Source of the DNA: Stenotrophomonas maltophilia ATCC 19867
Lineage (GTDB): Bacteria; Pseudomonadota; Gammaproteobacteria; Xanthomonadales; Xanthomonadaceae
DNA: 24,000 bases
Reading direction: 5' to 3'
Assembly: GCF_000382065.1 (NCBI RefSeq)
Contig: NZ_KB907503.1
Location: 98,682-122,681 of the forward strand
Part shown: one piece after another, positions 19,361 through 24,000 of the stretch
Layout: each line of letters starts with the position of its first letter
How positions within the stretch are numbered: the stretch's first letter is position 1
Position numbers and translations under genes: made by a program
Notes under the pieces: model-generated
Database searches by the model: none
Seen by the model: only the letters and a program-made list of their open reading frames with translations
Told to the model about the DNA's origin: nothing

Positions 19361-20605
19361 CTAGGCCGTCGAGTCGCTTTTCGACCTGGGTAAGTGCGGA
19401 GCCACCGTCTCTCGAGCTCGCTCGTGGCGGCGTAGAAGTACTCGATGATGCAGGCGTTCCACCGTCGCCGTAGGCAACACCAAATTCATGCCTGTGCCTC
19501 GTTCAAGATTACCGGCGTCCCATACTTGGAGGAACGCATCCCAAGCTTGTGGGTGGATATCCGATTCCGCAGCATGCTCGCGCATGACCCGCCTGACGTG
19601 TCCGGCAATGACATCGGCAATCATCAGCCCGGGAGTCTGGGCTGAGGACTCAAAGGCCAGGCCGGCATGCTCGACAAATGAGTAGTCGGCACCGGGGTGC
19701 TCATAGCCAGAGGTATCGACAAAGGTCTCTACCTTCGCCTTGGCAGCACGAAGGACCTCATCGTACTGCGTCTGCTCATCATGCACTAAGGTGACATCCG
19801 AAAGGCGACCTGCACAGCACTTGTTGATCCGAGCGTATAGATTGGTCAGCGACGAGTAGTTGGGAAGCAGCCAGTAGGTCGCGTGTTGCTTACCCTCATC
19901 TGGCAGTGGCAAGTAGGTGTGGTGCCCCTGCGGATCGTGCTTCATGGCGAAGTCGAATACCTCCAGGGAGTGACCCATGCTCTGGCGCAGCAGGTACAGG
20001 AGTTGACGGTCTTCTGGGTCGTCCTCCAGCGCCGCCTCTTCAGCCCATGCCTGCAAGGTGACAAGACTGGCGCGCACAGCTTCTGGAGAACTTAGCTTGC
20101 AGGCGTCGACATAGGCCCCTAGCACTGAATCGGGCAGGTTTGCGTAGAGGTAGTCTGCCAGACGGTTTCGCAGGTATACCTCGCCCTCGTCAAGCTCAGG
20201 ACCCGACCCTGGCGGAATGATCTGCGAGTTGATAATGGAGGCGATCAGATAGAACGCTTTATCCACCACCTCAATGAAAATGGGGATATCCAGCTCCCCC
20301 AATCCTCGTGCCAGATCGCGCGCGACTCCAGGGCGCCGGTGAAGCAGCTCTGATTTGAGCTCTCGCATTTGATGCAGACGGTGCTTGGCCACGATGTCAT
20401 CGAGCAATCGGGACGCCTGTTCGCTGCTCATGGGCCCAACGGCCGCCAGCACGAAGTGAGGCTGCTCACCGAACTCGAACGACCGACCGGTGTTGACCAA
20501 GTCGCCCGTGTGCCCGCTCTCGTCGATGTAGACGAACTTCATGCAGGCCGGTTCCGGCTCATCGCTCTGCCCAAGCGGGAGCGTATCGAACTGCGTCTCA
20601 TCCAT
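19361..20605 (-). CDS. DUF3800-domain protein
   Basis: MKFVYIDESGHTGD near the N-terminus is the DUF3800 signature (yiDESG). Start set at ATG 20605, with AGAGG 8 nt upstream. The ORF opens with TTG at 20626, and another ATG is at 20542. Confidence 0.7.
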   Translation of the reverse strand: MDETQFDTLPLGQSDEPEPACMKFVYIDESGHTGDLVNTGRSFEFGEQPHFVLAAVGPMSSEQASRLLDDIVAKHRLHQMRELKSELLHRRPGVARDLARGLGELDIPIFIEVVDKAFYLIASIINSQIIPPGSGPELDEGEVYLRNRLADYLYANLPDSVLGAYVDACKLSSPEAVRASLVTLQAWAEEAALEDDPEDRQLLYLLRQSMGHSLEVFDFAMKHDPQGHHTYLPLPDEGKQHATYWLLPNYSSLTNLYARINKCCAGRLSDVTLVHDEQTQYDEVLRAAKAKVETFVDTSGYEHPGADYSFVEHAGLAFESSAQTPGLMIADVIAGHVRRVMREHAAESDIHPQAWDAFLQVWDAGNLERGTGMNLVLPTATVERLHHRVLLRRHERARETVAPHLPRSKSDSTA

Positions 20606-20804
20606 GGATAAGCCTCTATCCTTCAACTGCTCTCAATGAGCAGAGATATCCAGCAGGTATCGGCGAGTGCGCCCCATCCTTTAGTAGGGCCACCGAATCC
20701 TGATGCCCCTGACGCTGGAAGGAGATGTCCACTCAAGCGCACGCAAGGGCCGCATAGCGCTGTACGGCCAAGGCACACCCAAAGCCGCTACTGGCGGCAC
20801 AGTC

Positions 20805-21179
20805 TCAGTCTGGGAAGTGCCAGCGAGCAATGCCCTTTTTGACAAGCGCCGCCGCCACCCCCTGTCCATCGGTAGTGAGATGGGCCCCGCTGTCAAGGGC
20901 GACCCCGACCCTGTTCTCAAACCATATGCCGGCACCAGTTTCCGACGCAAACTCCTTGATCAACGCTACGGAAAGGCCCTGTCCCTGATAACCCAAGATC
21001 ACCTCGATGCTGGTGACAAGGAACTCCTCGTTGTCAGCATCCAATGGCGTGAAAACTGCCTTTCCGACTTCAAGACCCTGATCGCTGAAAGCTGTGGATG
21101 ACCAATCAACATCGCAAGCTTCCAGATAGACCTCTCTTCCGTCCTTCAGGGTAGTGTTTGGTATGTACTTGGATGACAT
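20805..21179 (-). CDS. Hypothetical small protein, possibly GNAT-fold
   Basis: 124 aa. VTSIEVILGYQGQGLSVALIKEF resembles GNAT motif A (v.p.yqG.Glg..Ll). There is no clear SD. A competing plus-strand ORF (20703..21101) looks less protein-like. Confidence 0.4.
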   Translation of the reverse strand: MSSKYIPNTTLKDGREVYLEACDVDWSSTAFSDQGLEVGKAVFTPLDADNEEFLVTSIEVILGYQGQGLSVALIKEFASETGAGIWFENRVGVALDSGAHLTTDGQGVAAALVKKGIARWHFPD

Positions 21180-21299
21180 GGCTAACGCGACCAGGCAGCT
21201 CTGAGAGCGCGATTCTATGCCTTCGCAGCCCCATATCCTAGTTCGTCTTCAGTGAACACGCTCTGGGGCGACAACACGCGCAGCCGCGACTATCCAAGA

Positions 21300-22442
21300 T
21301 CAGTACAGCGCAATTCCATATCCTTGTGCCACATCGTTGCGCCACATCACCATCAGCGGGTCCTCAAGAAGGTTTGGTAGAAGGACTGAGAGTCTGTCCA
21401 GAGCACCGGACGGATCGCTGAGCCGACATGCGAATGATCCGATCAGACGAACAGCCTCGCGAGTCAGGCCCTGGGCGGACAGCTGGCGGCAGGCCATCTG
21501 CACTATCTCCTCCGAAATATCCTGATCATGGAAAAGCATCACATCTAGCGCCTGCCCCAGTCCGCCTCGCTGCCATTCCTCAACGTCTACAGAGGAAAGC
21601 AGATGCTTCAGCTCCTGCGCGCTGAAGCCCAATGCTCTGCTCAAGCGATCTCTAACATGAGCGGGCAGCCAGGTCTTGCTGTCGTAGTAGACGTCCGGAT
21701 TGCCTAGTGCGAGCGCCAGCAGCCAGATGGCGTTACGAGTCGCCGCCGGGGAAAGCTCGGTGATGAGCCGTCTGAGCAGTACCAGAGAATGCGGAGCGTG
21801 TCTGGCAAGCGCCCAAGACTCGGCAACGGCCGCGATCTGAGTAGCCTGGTCCTGGCTGAGCAGGCGTGCCCCCAGGTCCCTGGTGGGCTGCTGCGCGTGC
21901 CGCTTTACAGCATCCAGCATCCCCTGATACCCCAAGGCGCTGTCCAACCGCTGCACCTTTGAGACCTGAATCGCCGCTGGAAGCGTAGTAGTCTCCGTCA
22001 GCACACGCGTGATGTCGGCCCAGAACAGGCCACCACAGTCGGGGTCGAAGACGATCCCAAAGATGGGTACCGTGGAATCTCGCCATACACTGCTATGAGC
22101 GCCGACAGGTATGAAGTAGTCTCCGTCCGACCGTCGGTAGGAGGCCCCGGACTTGATCTGCAGTCCGATCGATAGGCCTGTCATCTCACCCTCATGGACA
22201 AAGTCGACGAGTGCATCTCGCCCAAAGTCGTGTTGCAGCGGCACTTCTTGGAAGACGTGATGACGCCGCTCAAATAGATCGGCCGCGGCCCGCAAGCCTT
22301 GGCGCTCCACCAGACGATTCTTTGGTATCTGAGGATGCTGACCCATGACCATACTTGACGATTTCCCCTGACCATTTGGAGGTGCTGACGTCGACGCGGC
22401 GTTGACCGGGCTTGTCTCCGTCGGCGCAAACATGCCATTCAC
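21300..22442 (-). CDS. DUF4365-domain protein (restriction-endonuclease-like fold) with a helical-repeat C-terminal region
   Basis: ERQGLRAAADLFERRHHVFQEVPLQHDFGRDALVDFVHEGEMTGLSIGLQIKSGASY matches the DUF4365 pattern (e.qg...v..if....w.....e.DyGiD..ve.......tG..i.vQiKsG.sy). Start is uncertain: ATGs at 22442, 22352 and 22346. Confidence 0.7.
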   Translation of the reverse strand: MNGMFAPTETSPVNAASTSAPPNGQGKSSSMVMGQHPQIPKNRLVERQGLRAAADLFERRHHVFQEVPLQHDFGRDALVDFVHEGEMTGLSIGLQIKSGASYRRSDGDYFIPVGAHSSVWRDSTVPIFGIVFDPDCGGLFWADITRVLTETTTLPAAIQVSKVQRLDSALGYQGMLDAVKRHAQQPTRDLGARLLSQDQATQIAAVAESWALARHAPHSLVLLRRLITELSPAATRNAIWLLALALGNPDVYYDSKTWLPAHVRDRLSRALGFSAQELKHLLSSVDVEEWQRGGLGQALDVMLFHDQDISEEIVQMACRQLSAQGLTREAVRLIGSFACRLSDPSGALDRLSVLLPNLLEDPLMVMWRNDVAQGYGIALY

Positions 22443-22456
22443 ACAACGAGCACGAC

Positions 22457-23071
22457 TCAGATCGCGCCCAAGTTGCGCACTGTGACCTCATCCTTGTTCA
22501 CGACCGCGCACAATAGGTCTCCCCCGGCCCACGCTGGCATTCCAGGCCTATTGAGAAACTTGGCCTGAAGCTTCCCCGCCTCTAGTACATCGGCAGGCGC
22601 CATGCTGGCGGGTCTGTGCCTTAAGGGGTCTCCAGGTGCCGCTAGTTGACCTGTGATGGGCTGGACGACCGTGGGGTTGTGGATGTCGCTTTTGGCATAG
22701 GCGGTGGCCATCATTCGACCATTTCGGGGAGACCAGCCCCCAAGTACCAGTTCGCATCCCAACTCGGCAGTGGGCAAACCAGCGCGCTCTGCGGCGCCTT
22801 GATAGTTCGGCCACAGTTGATCAATGACCAGGCCGAACTCGGCCATCAACTGCTCCATCGTAAAATCTGCGCGGAAGCTGGCCTGCAGAGATAGCTCGTA
22901 CATTCGCAGGAAGAACTGCGCGGAGCCCCGGCACGCGAGCACGAGATTGTAATGTGGGATCAGCAGAAGCTTTGCCCCCGCTGATGGAGCCCCTGTCAGC
23001 GCATCGTGGGCCAGGGTATCCACGGCAACCACGAGCTGTTCATGGCTTACAAGAACATTGAGGATGCTCAA
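22457..23071 (-). CDS. Hypothetical protein (204 aa), weakly Ntn-hydrolase/proteasome-subunit-like strand pattern
   Basis: TTG start at 23071 with a strong SD (AAGGAG) 8 nt upstream. It ends 14 nt before the DUF4365 ORF. N-terminus SILNVLVSHEQLVVAVDTLA...AKLLLIPHYNLVLACRGSAQ loosely recalls the proteasome beta-type pattern; this is a low-confidence fold guess. Confidence 0.5.
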   Translation of the reverse strand: MSILNVLVSHEQLVVAVDTLAHDALTGAPSAGAKLLLIPHYNLVLACRGSAQFFLRMYELSLQASFRADFTMEQLMAEFGLVIDQLWPNYQGAAERAGLPTAELGCELVLGGWSPRNGRMMATAYAKSDIHNPTVVQPITGQLAAPGDPLRHRPASMAPADVLEAGKLQAKFLNRPGMPAWAGGDLLCAVVNKDEVTVRNLGAI

Positions 23072-23142
23072 GTCACGCGCTCCTTTGATTGGACAAACTA
23101 TCCCGCCAATCTGGAGTGCTGTCCATCCAATGAGGACATGTC

Positions 23143-23418
23143 ATGCCTGATGATCCCAATACCCCGCCCCTGCCGAGTCCCCATTGCCAGACCGAACTTG
23201 CCGCCCATCGGGGCTACCTCAAGGCAATGGAGTACGGCCTACGGGCCCTGATAATTGCCCACCCTGCTCCGGACCGACTATCGCAGGTGTGGGAACGCAT
23301 GCTTCCTGGAATTGTGGACGCGCATGCATCAGAAGACGAATCCATGTTTTCCGCCGCCTTCCAGCAGCTATTGACTCTGCTCGGCGAGCAGATCCAACAG
23401 GGCAGTCAGCCACCCTAG
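23143..23418 (+). CDS. Hypothetical small protein (91 aa)
   Basis: ATG at 23143 with GAGGA 6 nt upstream. It is helical after a Pro-rich N-terminus. Its 3' end overlaps the convergent BLUF gene by 4 bp. No family recognised. Confidence 0.45.
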   Translation: MPDDPNTPPLPSPHCQTELAAHRGYLKAMEYGLRALIIAHPAPDRLSQVWERMLPGIVDAHASEDESMFSAAFQQLLTLLGEQIQQGSQPP

Positions 23419-23834
23419 GCAGCCTGGGGATCGCTGCCAGGCAGGTACGGGGGGACGATCTGCGTCCGTTGCTCCAACCCTGCACTCCTGGTCAAGCCAT
23501 ACCAGTCGCAATTTGCTGCGGCTTGCAGTTCATAGGCCTTTGCGGGAAGCATTCGCATCGACCAATAGGGGAAGTGGCGAGCGGTAATCCGGCCTCGACA
23601 CAACTCCACGATCTCGTGGTTGCTTCGCGCAGCCAGGACTCTGGCGTAGACAATGGCCATCCCATCTTCTGGACCTTCCAGATACTGGAAGAAGCGGCGT
23701 CCATCGTAGAGAAGGGCGCCGGTGACACCGGCCTGAAGATTGAAGCGGCAGGCGCTCTGAGCCAGGTCATGAATCTGCTCATTGGACAGGCCAGGGATCG
23801 CCTCGCTGGCATACACGATCGCTCGAAGATTCAT
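23415..23834 (-). CDS. Short BLUF-domain (blue-light FAD sensor) protein
   Basis: RAIVYAS (photoactive Tyr8), RFNLQAGVTGALLY, RRFFQYLEGPEDG (conserved Gln50) and ITARHFPYWSM (Trp/Met) match the BLUF signature. GGGAGA lies 5 nt upstream of the ATG at 23834. Confidence 0.85.
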   Translation of the reverse strand: MNLRAIVYASEAIPGLSNEQIHDLAQSACRFNLQAGVTGALLYDGRRFFQYLEGPEDGMAIVYARVLAARSNHEIVELCRGRITARHFPYWSMRMLPAKAYELQAAANCDWYGLTRSAGLEQRTQIVPPYLPGSDPQAA

Positions 23835-24000
23835 AACAATCTCCCGGCCTTTGGAACTCAGTACTTTACCAACGATGATCGTACGTACGCGTTACGCTGC
23901 TACCTGAACAGATGTCCGCCGCCCGATGCTCAGGGCGTTCAAGGTCCCAGTGCAGGATTCCAGCTGGTAGAAACCACAACTGTACCTTGGGCGTCCCTCT

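Noticed and set aside
20703-21101. 132-aa plus-strand ORF overlapping the 124-aa minus-strand ORF
   Set aside because: It has no SD or motif and is rich in Arg/Pro/Gly. The minus-strand ORF at least shows a GNAT-motif-A-like string. Neither call is strong.

Overview
GC-rich, gene-dense, proteobacterial-type accessory DNA that reads as a defence/conflict island. I recognised no rRNA, tRNA, CRISPR array, integrase or transposase. All family calls rest on motifs read by eye from the six-frame translations, with no database search. Left to right: (1) A small helical ORF and an orphan HipB/XRE-like HTH gene with palindromic operators. (2) A divergent six-gene cluster at 1098-8670. It holds a GHKL/MORC-like ATPase with a translationally coupled 317-aa partner on the minus strand. 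Opposite it runs a coupled ParB-like -> SNF2 helicase -> DUF3883-like PD-(D/E)xK chain and an SPPY beta-class DNA methyltransferase. The methyltransferase promoter is bracketed by the only two AGATCT sites I found in the window. (3) An orphan DUF2384 (MbcA/ParS-type) antitoxin-like gene with no RES toxin. (4) A two-gene operon with an ATGA overlap, encoding an unknown-N-domain TIR protein and an unknown-N-domain HEPN protein with an R-x4-H motif. (5) A ~700-bp non-coding spacer with (CCCCAT)3 and (CTTGCAA)3-4 tandem repeats. (6) An ImmA/IrrE HExxH peptidase abutting a divergent class III nucleotidyl-cyclase-like protein with a Lys/Ala-rich histone-H1-like tail. (7) A convergent two-TM protein whose 3' end overlaps the cyclase tail, and a second HExxH zincin. 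(8) A 5'-truncated NrsF/DUF1109 remnant. (9) A nucleoside 2-deoxyribosyltransferase/TIR-like protein with two small ORFs. (10) DUF3800, a GNAT-like mini-ORF, a 204-aa ORF paired with a DUF4365 protein, and a short BLUF photoreceptor. The best candidates for undescribed systems are the TIR-HEPN pair, the ImmA-cyclase pair (possibly one divergent four-gene module with TIR-HEPN) and the ParB-containing GHKL/SNF2/DUF3883/methylase locus.
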